Below, piece after piece: positions 28,854 through 39,081 of a stretch of DNA of 64,000 nucleotides. The position numbers and the translations under genes are program-made. Where the stretch lies: the NCBI GenBank assembly GCA_963674785.1, contig OY771555.1:896001-960000 (forward strand), in the 5' to 3' direction. The first letter of the stretch is position 1. Every line of letters starts with the position of its first letter. Source of the stretch: Caldisericia bacterium. Lineage in GTDB: Bacteria > Caldisericota > Caldisericia > JAAYUI01. The notes under the pieces were generated by a model. It made no database searches and was not told where the DNA came from. It saw nothing but the letters and a program-made list of their open reading frames with translations.

Positions 28854-29813
28854 TCAAAGATATTCAATAAGTGCTGGAAGTATTTCCATGCAATCTCCAA
28901 CAACACCAAAATCAGCTATTTTGAAGATTGGGGCATCAGGGTCGCGATTAATTGCGACGATGATGTCTGACTGTCTCATGCCTGCTAAATGTTGGTCAGC
29001 GCCACTTATGCCACATGCAATGTAAAGTCTGGGTGAGACGACCTTGCCAGTGAGACCAACCTGGTGGGATGAGTGAATCCATTCGGCATCAACGATGGCA
29101 CGTGATGCACCAAGTGCAGCACCAAGTTTTCTTGCGAGTTGTTTGCCAAGAACGAGGTTTTCTTTTTTTTGAAGTCCACGTCCACATGAGACGATGATTT
29201 TAGAATCCGCAATTGATGGACCATCTTCGTCGCTTGGCTCAATGTGGTCAAGTGCTTTTTTGATTTCTGATGCCATTGTTGCTGGCTCAAGCATCTCAAC
29301 GGTTGTTGTGATGTCAGCAGATCTTGGTGTGTCAAAAACCCCAGGGTGAACTGTTAAAACCGAGCTACTTGGAGTCCAGACTTTTGAGAGAATCTGTCCA
29401 CCAAAAACATATTTTTCAACAACGAACCCATCATCTTTGGCAGAAATTGATTGAACATCTGTGACCAGTGGATTTCTTGTTCGGGCAGAGATTTTTGCTG
29501 CAACTTCAAGACCCCATTGGTTGTGAGGAGTGATTATAAGTTCAGGCTTCCTTTTTGCTGCGAGGTCAGCGACTTCTCTTCCAACGATCTCAGTGTCTCT
29601 GTTTTTGAGGTTTTCAGATTCAATGAGGATGGTCATTGGTTGACCCATTCTGCCGAGGGTTGGTGCTCTCATGCGAAGGTCAGAGCCGACAAGAACGACT
29701 GCCACTTCGGCAAGCTGGTCAACAGCAAGTTCGTGAAGTGAGCCGAGGAGTTCAGAAGAAGCCTTAGTTACTTGACTACCAACGAGTTGTCCGACAATCC
29801 AGAAATGCTTCAT
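28854..29813 (-). CDS. etfA: Electron transfer flavoprotein subunit alpha
   Basis: GASRAIVD, QVGLTGKVVSPRLYIACGISGADQH, INRDPDAPIF. Confidence 0.95.
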   Translation of the reverse strand: MKHFWIVGQLVGSQVTKASSELLGSLHELAVDQLAEVAVVLVGSDLRMRAPTLGRMGQPMTILIESENLKNRDTEIVGREVADLAAKRKPELIITPHNQWGLEVAAKISARTRNPLVTDVQSISAKDDGFVVEKYVFGGQILSKVWTPSSSVLTVHPGVFDTPRSADITTTVEMLEPATMASEIKKALDHIEPSDEDGPSIADSKIIVSCGRGLQKKENLVLGKQLARKLGAALGASRAIVDAEWIHSSHQVGLTGKVVSPRLYIACGISGADQHLAGMRQSDIIVAINRDPDAPIFKIADFGVVGDCMEILPALIEYL

Positions 29814-30586
29814 GAAAGGACTCCTTTCATCTTAATCGCTGTGATTAATTTGTTTGCAATCTCGTCGGCAGACTCACCCTTGATAAATTCTATCTGGGAT
29901 TGTGTTGAAACTGGGGTGTGTTCAAGGAGTTTTGGTTTTGAGTCTGGAAGCTCAAGATCAAGATCATCCGCTGTATATTCGGTGATTGGAATCTTCATCG
30001 CCTTGTTCATTCCGCGAAGTGAAGGAAGCCTTGGTGTGTTGATGTTTTTTGTAACAGAAACTACACATGGCAGATTAACTTTCCAAACGTTTGTTCCGTT
30101 TTCAGATGGGACAGAAACATAAGCATTGTTGCCTTCAACTCTGACTTTTTCGGCACCGAGAACGGATGGGATGTTAAGGATGTCGGCAATCATTGCTGGA
30201 AGAATGCCCATCTCGGCATCTGTTGATTTTGCTCCGCAAACTATCATGTCAAATTCGCCATGTTTCTTCATTGCTGATGCAAGAGTTATTGCGGTCGAGA
30301 GAAGGTCTGAGCCTTCTAGTTCTGGGTCGTTTACAAGTACTGCATTTCCAATACCCATCGCGAGGGCTTCCCTGAGAGTTTCCTTAACACTCTCCGGTCC
30401 CATCGAAAATGCTGTAACATCTTCTGGGACATTTGAGAGATTCAATGCAAGCTCACAAGCGTTTTTATCAAGTGGGTTTGTGGCTTTTGGGAAACTGTCT
30501 CTTGCAAGTCTTCCAGCCGCGTTGAATTGTCCGACTGGAAACTTCTCGGGATCTGGAACCTGTTTTATACAAACATTTATCTTCAT
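29810..30586 (-). CDS. etfB: Electron transfer flavoprotein subunit beta
   Basis: MKINVCIKQVPD, NPLD, ALAMG, NTPRLPS; GGAGG RBS. Confidence 0.95.
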   Translation of the reverse strand: MKINVCIKQVPDPEKFPVGQFNAAGRLARDSFPKATNPLDKNACELALNLSNVPEDVTAFSMGPESVKETLREALAMGIGNAVLVNDPELEGSDLLSTAITLASAMKKHGEFDMIVCGAKSTDAEMGILPAMIADILNIPSVLGAEKVRVEGNNAYVSVPSENGTNVWKVNLPCVVSVTKNINTPRLPSLRGMNKAMKIPITEYTADDLDLELPDSKPKLLEHTPVSTQSQIEFIKGESADEIANKLITAIKMKGVLS

Positions 30587-30901
30587 CGTTCCTCCATTAC
30601 TGACAATCAATTATCATTTAGCCAGCAATGATAACAGGGATTCATAGAGATGATACCCCTGAACAATTATCATTGTTAGATATTTGTTAACATTTTATCC
30701 AGAAATATCATTTGGTCAACACAAACTTGGCTATTTTTTTCATCAAAAAAAGGAAACTTATCTTGGTATTTTGTGTGTTTTTTCGATGCTTCTGAAAAAA
30801 CGAAATGTAAAAGACCTTGACTTCTTTACCAAACAGAATAAATAGATGGTGAAAAACAATTCAGGAGAGATTCCTGATCAGAATAATAAGGAGGACGAGC
30901 A

Positions 30902-32191
30902 ATGTCCGAAAAAGGTTTTAATGCTTTTAAGATGGCGCAGGAGCAGTTTGATGGAGTGGCTTCTCAGTTGAATCTTGATGAGGGTACAAAAGAACTTCTC
31001 AGATGGCCAAGAAGAGAGTACAGATTCAGAATCCCAGTGAAGATGGATGACGGCTCAACAAAGGTTTTTGAGGGTTTCAGAGTACAACATAATGACTCAC
31101 GTGGACCATGCAAAGGTGGAATCAGGTTCCATCCACAGGAAACAGTTGACACAGTAAGAGCGCTTGCAACATGGATGACATGGAAGTGTGCAGTTGTTGA
31201 CATCCCACTTGGTGGCGGAAAAGGTGGAGTTATCTGTGACCCACACAATCTTTCAATGGGTGAGCAGGAAAGACTTTGCAGAGGTTGGGTAAGACAGGTC
31301 GGAAGAGACATCGGTCCACTCAAAGATGTACCAGCACCAGACGTAATGACATCTGGTCAGCACATGCTCTGGATGATGGATGAGTATGAAGCAATCCATG
31401 GTGGTAACAAATTCCCAGGTATGATCACAGGAAAGCCAGTTGGTTCCGGCGGTTCACTCGGCAGAACCGAAGCAACAGGTTATGGAGTTATTTACACAGT
31501 TCGCGAAGCTCTCAAGAATATGGGAATTGATCCAAAGAATACAAAAGCCTCAGTTCAGGGTTTTGGAAATGTTGCACAGTATGCCGTAGAGCTTTACAAT
31601 AAGCTCGGTGGAACAGTCACATGCGTTTCCTGCTGGTGTCAGAGTGAAGGAAAAGCATATACAGTCAAGAAGGCTTCAGGTATTGACCTTAAAGAACTTC
31701 TTGGAATCACAGATAGATTTGGCGGTATTGAACTCGATAAGGCAAGAAGCCTTGGGTATGAAGTTCTCGATGCAATGGCATGGCTTGAAGAGGAAGTTGA
31801 TATCCTCATGCCAAGTGCACTTGAGAATCAGATTACAGGTGAAAATGCTGGTAAGATCAAGAGTTCAGTAAAGATTATTGCTGAAGGTGCTAATGGCCCA
31901 ACAACCCCAGAAGCAGATAAAATTATTGAAGAGCGCGGAATATTCGTAATTCCAGACTTCCTTGCAAACGCAGGTGGAGTCACATGCAGCTACTTCGAGC
32001 AGGTTCAGTGTAATATGAACTATTTCTGGGAAAAGGATGAGGTCCTCGAAAAGCTTGACAAGCAGATGACAAGCGCTTTCCATGCTGTTGCTGATCTTTC
32101 AAAGAGAAAGAATATTTACATGAGAGATGCAGCATACATGATTGCAATCGACAGGGTTGCAAAAGCATGTAAAGCTAGAGGTTGGGTATAA
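30902..32191 (+). CDS. gdhA: Glu/Leu/Phe/Val dehydrogenase (glutamate dehydrogenase)
   Basis: KGGIRFHP, GGGKGG, VQGFGNV, EGANGP, NAGGVTCSYFE. Confidence 0.93.
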   Translation: MSEKGFNAFKMAQEQFDGVASQLNLDEGTKELLRWPRREYRFRIPVKMDDGSTKVFEGFRVQHNDSRGPCKGGIRFHPQETVDTVRALATWMTWKCAVVDIPLGGGKGGVICDPHNLSMGEQERLCRGWVRQVGRDIGPLKDVPAPDVMTSGQHMLWMMDEYEAIHGGNKFPGMITGKPVGSGGSLGRTEATGYGVIYTVREALKNMGIDPKNTKASVQGFGNVAQYAVELYNKLGGTVTCVSCWCQSEGKAYTVKKASGIDLKELLGITDRFGGIELDKARSLGYEVLDAMAWLEEEVDILMPSALENQITGENAGKIKSSVKIIAEGANGPTTPEADKIIEERGIFVIPDFLANAGGVTCSYFEQVQCNMNYFWEKDEVLEKLDKQMTSAFHAVADLSKRKNIYMRDAAYMIAIDRVAKACKARGWV

Positions 32192-32227
32192 CTAACTTAG
32201 CACATTTCTTCTAATTGTTTATTTGTG

Positions 32228-32263
32228 TAAAAGGTCAGAGCTGGAACCTCTGGCCTTTTATTT
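32228..32263 (+). terminator. Intrinsic terminator after gdhA
   Basis: TAAAAGGTCAGAG...CTCTGGCCTTTTATTT. Confidence 0.7.
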
Positions 32264-32286
32264 ATTTTTCTGGTAATCTTATTTTT

Positions 32287-33363
32287 ATGCCAGAAGCTTT
32301 CAAAAACTATCTGAATGAAAAAGTAATTGATCTGTTTGCATCGGTTTTTAAGAAAAATTATTCAGAGTTTGATTCCAAAAGTTTTAAAAAAAATGTATTT
32401 GACGAAGGCTGGAAAAATCTTGAATTGATGGAAAGAATCCATCATATCACAAAAACTCTCAGAGAGTTTTTGCCCGAAGATTACCTTAAAGCTCTGGAGA
32501 TTTTGAGAAATGCTTATGCCAATTTTTCCGGTATGGGCACAACAATATTTCCAGATTTTGTTTCGATGTATGGTCTTGATTATTTTGATGAATCAGTTGC
32601 TGCAATTGATTACTTTACAAGGAATTCCACATCTGAGTTTGCAGTAAGACCTTTCATCCAAAAATATGGTATGAGGATGATGAAGGTGATGGAGAAGTGG
32701 GCTGAATCAGATAATGAGGATGTCAGGAGACTCGCATCAGAAGGGTGTAGACCGAGGCTTCCATGGGGGATCAGACTGCATGGGTTTGTAAAAGACCCTC
32801 TACCAATATTGCCAATTCTTACGAAACTGATGAATGATGAATCTGAATATGTGAGAAATTCAGTCGCGAACAATCTTAATGATATTTCAAAAGATAATCC
32901 AAAACTTGTGCTTGAGTTTGCGAAGAAGTGGATTGGTAAGAATAACGAAACAGATTGGATAATCAAACACGCTTGTAGGACTCTTCTTAAAAATGGCGAC
33001 CCTGAGACATTACAATTATTTGGTTATGTAGACCCAGACCACATCAGGCTTGATAATTTTTCTGTTTCAGAGTCTGTAAAAATGGGAGATGATTTGAAAT
33101 TTTCATTTTCACTTTGCTCAGATGATTGCAGTCTTGGAAAAATTCGGGTTGAGTATGGCATTCACTTTCTTAGAAAAAATGGAAAATTGAACAGAAAAGT
33201 TTTCAAAATCTCTGAATTTCAATGTGAAAAATCTAGTGTTTCTTATGATAAAAAATATTCATTCAAAAAAATCACAACCAGGAAGTATTATCCTGGGGAG
33301 CTAATGATTGAGATCATTGTAAATGGAAGATCGTTTGGGGAAAAGAGATTCGAGCTTCAATAA
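32287..33363 (+). CDS. DNA alkylation repair protein (AlkC/YhaZ-like HEAT repeat)
   Basis: SEFAVRPF, VRRLASEGCRPRLPW, YVRNSVANNLNDISKD, TTRKYYPG. Confidence 0.88.
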   Translation: MPEAFKNYLNEKVIDLFASVFKKNYSEFDSKSFKKNVFDEGWKNLELMERIHHITKTLREFLPEDYLKALEILRNAYANFSGMGTTIFPDFVSMYGLDYFDESVAAIDYFTRNSTSEFAVRPFIQKYGMRMMKVMEKWAESDNEDVRRLASEGCRPRLPWGIRLHGFVKDPLPILPILTKLMNDESEYVRNSVANNLNDISKDNPKLVLEFAKKWIGKNNETDWIIKHACRTLLKNGDPETLQLFGYVDPDHIRLDNFSVSESVKMGDDLKFSFSLCSDDCSLGKIRVEYGIHFLRKNGKLNRKVFKISEFQCEKSSVSYDKKYSFKKITTRKYYPGELMIEIIVNGRSFGEKRFELQ

Positions 33364-33402
33364 ACTGTTGATGTAAAAGAATAAACAGTTAGAATAGCCT
33401 CC

Positions 33403-36400
33403 ATGGGTGAGAATATCTCTTTTGTAAATGAATATGTTAACCAGGTTTCAAACAAATTTGGGACGGAGTATGCACAGGAACATGCTTACAGGATTCCGCT
33501 TGAAAAGCTTTTGAAATCTCTTGTACAAGATATAAAAGTAATCAATGACCCAAAACAGGTTGCAAAATCAATCAGACCAGATTTTATTATTTTCACCGGG
33601 AAGAACCATGATGTACTGGGTGGATATATTGAAGCAAAAGATCTTGATAAAAATCTAGATGAAATCGAAAAAACAGATCAGTTAGCCAAGAAGTATCTAC
33701 CAGCACTGTCCGATCTGGTTCTTACAAACTATCTAGAATTTAGACGATATGTGAATGGTGAAAAAGTTGAAACCATTGAGATTGGTCGTCTCGATAAGAA
33801 ATCGAAAAAAATTGAGTTTTTTGAAGATAGATTTTCAGCACTTACGAATCTTTTGATCGACTTTATAAACCAACCTGCAGACAAAGTTGTTGAATCCGCG
33901 GATATGTTATCTTCAAGATTGGCATCAAAGTGCTTACTTCTAAAAGAACAGATAGTCATTGCCAAAAATCACGAACGTGAAGTTTTTGAAAATGAAAATC
34001 CCAACATAAATTCGATGAAGACGGCAGCAAAAGTTGGTCCACTTTTTGATTTTTATAAATCATACAGAAAGATGCTATCGGGAGACATCAAGGATGAGGA
34101 GTATGGTGATAACCTTGCACAAACCTTTATATACAGCTTGTTTTCAGCGAGACTTCTTGTACCTGATTCCGAGCTTTCTGACTTTAGCTTCAAAACAGCT
34201 CTAGAGTACCTTCCTACAACAGTTCCTTTCCTCCATAGTTTGTATGCCAAAATGCAGGAATTTCGGAGGATGGGTAACATTGAAAATATTGAGTGGGTTT
34301 TATCTGATCTCACTTCAATTCTGAGACAAGCAGACATGGAGTCGGTGCTTTCTGACTTTGGAAGATTGAATAAAAATGAAGACCCAATTGTTCATTTCTA
34401 CGAGGGATTCCTAAAAGCCTATGATGAGGGGCTGAGAAAGGACAGAGGTGTTTGGTATACACCAAAACCGGTAGTCAAATACATTGTTGATTCAATCGAT
34501 GATATCTTGAAAACAAGATTTGGCAAAAAAATGGGTTTTGCTGACAAAGATGTCATCATCCTTGACCCTGCCTGTGGAACAGGAACTTTCCTCTCACAGG
34601 TTGTAGAGAAATGCAAGGAGAAAATCGATGAGGGTGTCTGGTACAAATTTGTGAATGAGAATCTGGTTGAAAGACTGTTTGGATTTGAAATCATGGTTGC
34701 CCCATATGCAATCTCTCACCTGAAATTGGCTCTTTCACTTTCGCATTATAATGAGGGTGCTTACCAGCTTGACACTTTAAAAAAATATCTTCCAAAGGAA
34801 AGAATAAATATCGTTCTCACAAACACTCTCGAAGAGCCAAGTCACAAGCTAGATCTTACAACCGACAATCCGCTTGAAAAAGAGGCATTGCTTGCAGACT
34901 CTGTCAAACGAGATAAAAAGGTTATGGTTATTCTTGGGAATCCTCCATATTCTGTCAGCACACAGAACAAAAATGAGTGGATAGACAATGTTTTGATGGA
35001 GGAGTACAAAAAAGAAGTCAAGAGTGAAAGAAATATTCAACCACTTTCTGATGACTACATCAAGTTTATCAGGTTTGCTCATTGGAGAATAGAAAACACT
35101 GGTCATGGCGTGGTTGGAATGATTACAAATAATAGTTACTTATCTGGGCTTATTCACCGGGGGATGAGAAAGAGCCTACTCAAGGACTATGATCAGATTC
35201 ATATTCTTGACCTTCATGGAAATTCACTTCTTAAAGAAACTACGCCAGAGGGGAATCCTGATCAAAATGTTTTTGATATCAGACAGGGTGTAAGCATTTC
35301 GATATGTGAGAGATTCAAGAATCATGATGATAACATTGAAGCGGGTGTTTATCATGGCGACCTTTGGGGTAAGAGGAAAGAAAAATATGAATACCTCAGG
35401 ACGATGAATTTGAAGAAATCCACTGAAAAAGGTGAGTTTGAAAGATTGCCTCTTTCCTCTGCAAATAAGTTTTTTGTGAAGAAGGATTTTTCAAAACTTG
35501 AGGAGTATGAGAGGTATGTTTCGATAAGAGATATTGTTCCAGAGAGTGCTGCTGGGATTGCAACCCACAGAGATAATCTTTTAGTGTCATTTGAAAGAGA
35601 TGAGCTTTCAAAAAGAATCAATGAGATAAGAAGAAATGATGATATTCGATACCTAAAATCAAAATTCAAAATCAAAGAAACAAAATACTGGAATCTAACT
35701 GACGCTCAAAAAGCTATGCGTGAAACTGAACCTGATGTTTTGATTACTGGGGTAGCATATAGGCCATTTGACAAGAGATGTGTCTACTATGAGAACAGAG
35801 TTGTTGAGAGAGCAAGATTTTCCCTTATGAAGCATTTGTTTATACCAAATATTTCTTTGAATACGGTTAGACAACTTTCAACGTATACCTTTGCTCATTC
35901 CGTTGTTTCTGATATTATTACAGAGAGATGTTATGTATCACTAGCATCAAGAGAAGTTGGTATCTCGTTTCCCCTCTACCTCTACCTCGACAAACATTCA
36001 AACTCTTCCTGGGAAAAAACAGAGCTAGAGGTTGAGGTTTCATATGGATTACCAAAACCTAAAAAACAAACAGTTTACCGTGTACCAAATCTAAACCCAG
36101 AGATTGTGGAGAGGTTTGAAGGTGCGCTGGGTCTAGAGTTTGTATCAGATGGAAAGGGCAATCTTAAGAAAACATTTGGACCTGAGGATTTGTATGCCTA
36201 TATCTATGCGGTTTTACACTCACCGACATATCGAACAAGATACGAAGAATTCTTGAAAATTGACTTCCCAAAAATCCCTTTGCTAGACAATGTTGACGCG
36301 TTTTCTGAGCTTGTAAAAACTGGTGAAGAGCTTATCGAACTTCATTTGATGAAAGCAGACCTTCCGCTTGAAACACAAAGGAATGTTACTTTCAAAGGGC

Positions 36401-36711
36401 AAGTTGAAGAAAAAGAAAAAGACTGTCTTGTTGAAAAAATTAGTTTCGAAAAGAATCGTGTTTGCATAAATAAAGTTCAGTATTTTGAGCCAGTATCAGA
36501 ACCTACTTGGAGCTTTATGATTGGTGGATATCAGGTTCTTCACAAGTGGTTAAAGGATAGAAAAGGAAGAAAGCACGATGATGGCAGAGACTGGCCGTTA
36601 TCCTTTGAAGAGATTAACCATTACAAGTACATAATCTATGCCCTTGAGCAAACACAATTTCTGATGTCGATGATTGATGGGCTGATTTCAAAACATAAAG
36701 TTTTTAAATAG
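33403..36711 (+). CDS. Single-chain restriction/N6-adenine methyltransferase (Type IIG, Type ISP-like C-terminal specificity domain)
   Basis: PD...IEAK nuclease, GVWYTP, DPACGTG, GNPPY, YIYAVLHSPTYR, IGGYQVLHKWLKDR; no helicase motifs seen. Confidence 0.85.
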   Translation: MGENISFVNEYVNQVSNKFGTEYAQEHAYRIPLEKLLKSLVQDIKVINDPKQVAKSIRPDFIIFTGKNHDVLGGYIEAKDLDKNLDEIEKTDQLAKKYLPALSDLVLTNYLEFRRYVNGEKVETIEIGRLDKKSKKIEFFEDRFSALTNLLIDFINQPADKVVESADMLSSRLASKCLLLKEQIVIAKNHEREVFENENPNINSMKTAAKVGPLFDFYKSYRKMLSGDIKDEEYGDNLAQTFIYSLFSARLLVPDSELSDFSFKTALEYLPTTVPFLHSLYAKMQEFRRMGNIENIEWVLSDLTSILRQADMESVLSDFGRLNKNEDPIVHFYEGFLKAYDEGLRKDRGVWYTPKPVVKYIVDSIDDILKTRFGKKMGFADKDVIILDPACGTGTFLSQVVEKCKEKIDEGVWYKFVNENLVERLFGFEIMVAPYAISHLKLALSLSHYNEGAYQLDTLKKYLPKERINIVLTNTLEEPSHKLDLTTDNPLEKEALLADSVKRDKKVMVILGNPPYSVSTQNKNEWIDNVLMEEYKKEVKSERNIQPLSDDYIKFIRFAHWRIENTGHGVVGMITNNSYLSGLIHRGMRKSLLKDYDQIHILDLHGNSLLKETTPEGNPDQNVFDIRQGVSISICERFKNHDDNIEAGVYHGDLWGKRKEKYEYLRTMNLKKSTEKGEFERLPLSSANKFFVKKDFSKLEEYERYVSIRDIVPESAAGIATHRDNLLVSFERDELSKRINEIRRNDDIRYLKSKFKIKETKYWNLTDAQKAMRETEPDVLITGVAYRPFDKRCVYYENRVVERARFSLMKHLFIPNISLNTVRQLSTYTFAHSVVSDIITERCYVSLASREVGISFPLYLYLDKHSNSSWEKTELEVEVSYGLPKPKKQTVYRVPNLNPEIVERFEGALGLEFVSDGKGNLKKTFGPEDLYAYIYAVLHSPTYRTRYEEFLKIDFPKIPLLDNVDAFSELVKTGEELIELHLMKADLPLETQRNVTFKGQVEEKEKDCLVEKISFEKNRVCINKVQYFEPVSEPTWSFMIGGYQVLHKWLKDRKGRKHDDGRDWPLSFEEINHYKYIIYALEQTQFLMSMIDGLISKHKVFK

Positions 36712-36756
36712 GAAACTTCATTTCAAAAACTATCTATTTCCATTAGAATTATCAAT

Positions 36757-39081
36757 ATGGCAAACGGTAACAAAAAAAGGATCAGACCTGAATGGCGAGT
36801 TATAATCGACACTCTTCGAATCACAAACAATGCCCAATACAAGAGAGTTTGTAGAAGGTTGCTTTATGTTTTGTACCGCAAGGGTGCAAAGGGAGCTGAG
36901 AAACTTATTCAGGAGTTTAATCAAACAAAAGTTAGAATTGGTTTTGAAACCGAGGTTGGTGAAAACGTTCCGTTACCGATGACAAAAGCGGCTCATCTTG
37001 ACCAGATTAGAAATGAGACAATTGGTCTTGCGGATAAGTATTTGGATAATGCAGAGATACTGAGTCTTGTCCTTGGTTGGATCAAAGAAGATAATGTGAG
37101 TTTTTTGACAACGACAATCAACGATCCGACAACACCGTTCAATGAGATTGAGTCAACTCTTGATAGGTATTTCGGTTTGCCGAAATATGAACAACACCTG
37201 ACACATGAGCAATATAAAGGACTGAGAGTCTCTCTGATTCAGAGATTTTTGAGCGATTCACTTGATTTTGCTCGTGTCGCTTGTGGGTTTGTAACAGTAA
37301 GGGATTTTCATGAAATCCTCTCCAGGATGATAGGCACAAGAACAGGTGTTGGTAAAACCGGTGGTAAGGGAGCTGGAATTTTCATTGCTCACAGGGTCAT
37401 CGAAAAGGCAAAAAAAACAAATCCACTGCTTGAAAATATTAGAGTTCCAAATACATGGTATCTTCTCTCAGATGTCATCACAGATTTCATTCACTACAAC
37501 TCTTTGGAAGAGGTGATGAACTTTAAATATAAAGAGATCAATGAGATCAGACAGGAGTTTCATTATTTTGAACAGCTTTTCAAAAACTCCCAGTTTAACA
37601 GAAGCATTGTTAAAGGACTCTCTTTTGCCTTAAAGGATATTGGCAATAGACCAATTATTATCCGGAGTTCCTCTCTTCTAGAGGATAGTTTTGAAGCGTC
37701 ATTTGCCGGAAAATACAAAAGCCTCTTCCTCGCAAATACTGGCACAGTAAAGGATAGACTCATCAGATTGACCGACGCTATCGCTGAGGTTTTCGCATCA
37801 GTCCTGAATCCGGATGCGATTGAATACCGAAAAGAGCGTGGTCTCATTTACTTCCAAGAGGAAATGGGTTGTCTTCTTCAAAGTGTTATTGGAAAAAAGA
37901 TTGGAAAATATTTCTTCCCGGCGTTTGCGGGTGTGGCTTTCAGCAACAATGAAATTAGGTGGTCATCAAGGATCAAGCGCGAAGACGGTGTTGTGAGACT
38001 TGTTGCGGGACTTGGCACAAGAGCGGTCGACAGGGTTGCGGGGGACTATCCAACTCTTGCCTCTCCTGGTCAACCTAAAATAAGGGTTAATACAATTCCA
38101 TCTGAGATTGAAAAGTACTCACAGAAATATATTGACGTAATAAATATTGAAACTGGGGAGTTTGAAACCCTTGAGATAAAGCAGCTTTTAAAAGAGGTTG
38201 GAGATAAATATCCACAAATATACAATATCTTCTCATCATACAGCGATGGATTTTTAAAGCAGATAAATCCTTTGACTGATATAGAAAATGAAGACTTGGT
38301 TGTAACTTTTGATGGATTATTCAACAACACTCCTTTTTTAAAACAGATAAAACTGGTACTTGATATCCTCGAAGAGAGTCTACAAACACCGGTTGATGTT
38401 GAGTTTGCATCTGATGGAACAAATCTTTATATACTTCAGTGTCGTCCGCAGTATGTCAAACAGAGTCTTGGGAAAATTGAGATACCAAAGAACATTCCTC
38501 GTGAAGACATCATTTTTGATGCAGTCAAAAGCATTAGCGAGGGGATATGCAATAACATAGAGTATGTTGTTTATATTGACCCCATGGATTACGAGGCGAT
38601 CGAAAGTAGAGAAAAAATGCTAAAGGTTGGTCAGATTGTAAGTGATTTGAATTCAAGCCTTCCTGAAAATAGGTTTATTCTCATGGGACCGGGAAGATGG
38701 GGTAGCAGAGGGGACATCAAACTTGGTGTGAGTATCACCTATTCTGGAATCTCAAAAACCGCAGCATTGATCGAGATAGCAAGAAAAAAACAATCGTATG
38801 TTCCCGAGGTATCATTTGGCACTCATTTCTTCCAGGATCTTGTCGAGTCTGATATATCATATTTGCCACTTTACCCGGATGATGTTGGCAGAGTCTTCAA
38901 TCAAGATTTCCTCCGAAATTCAGAAAATCAGCTTCTCAAATATGTGCCATTAGCGAAAGATTTTGTCGATATTGTAAGGGTTATCGATGTAAAAAAAGTA
39001 ACCGGTGGTAGAAAAATGAAGTTGATAATGGATGCTGATGAGAACTACGCTGTTGCTTTTTTGACGGATGATGAGCAATAG
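36757..39081 (+). CDS. PEP/pyruvate-binding domain protein (PEP synthase/PPDK N-terminal-like)
   Basis: GGKGAG, RSSSLLED...FAGKY, GLGTRAVD, LQCRP, GPGRWGS, SFGTHFFQDLVE. Confidence 0.85.
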   Translation: MANGNKKRIRPEWRVIIDTLRITNNAQYKRVCRRLLYVLYRKGAKGAEKLIQEFNQTKVRIGFETEVGENVPLPMTKAAHLDQIRNETIGLADKYLDNAEILSLVLGWIKEDNVSFLTTTINDPTTPFNEIESTLDRYFGLPKYEQHLTHEQYKGLRVSLIQRFLSDSLDFARVACGFVTVRDFHEILSRMIGTRTGVGKTGGKGAGIFIAHRVIEKAKKTNPLLENIRVPNTWYLLSDVITDFIHYNSLEEVMNFKYKEINEIRQEFHYFEQLFKNSQFNRSIVKGLSFALKDIGNRPIIIRSSSLLEDSFEASFAGKYKSLFLANTGTVKDRLIRLTDAIAEVFASVLNPDAIEYRKERGLIYFQEEMGCLLQSVIGKKIGKYFFPAFAGVAFSNNEIRWSSRIKREDGVVRLVAGLGTRAVDRVAGDYPTLASPGQPKIRVNTIPSEIEKYSQKYIDVINIETGEFETLEIKQLLKEVGDKYPQIYNIFSSYSDGFLKQINPLTDIENEDLVVTFDGLFNNTPFLKQIKLVLDILEESLQTPVDVEFASDGTNLYILQCRPQYVKQSLGKIEIPKNIPREDIIFDAVKSISEGICNNIEYVVYIDPMDYEAIESREKMLKVGQIVSDLNSSLPENRFILMGPGRWGSRGDIKLGVSITYSGISKTAALIEIARKKQSYVPEVSFGTHFFQDLVESDISYLPLYPDDVGRVFNQDFLRNSENQLLKYVPLAKDFVDIVRVIDVKKVTGGRKMKLIMDADENYAVAFLTDDEQ

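Noticed and set aside
28719-28970. 83-aa plus-strand ORF
   Set aside because: It spans a repeat, a terminator and the antisense of etfA.
5282-34577. Shared 17-mer CTTGACCCTGCCTGTGG in both R-M genes
   Set aside because: Explained by conserved methyltransferase motif I (LDPACG); not evidence of a recombination site.
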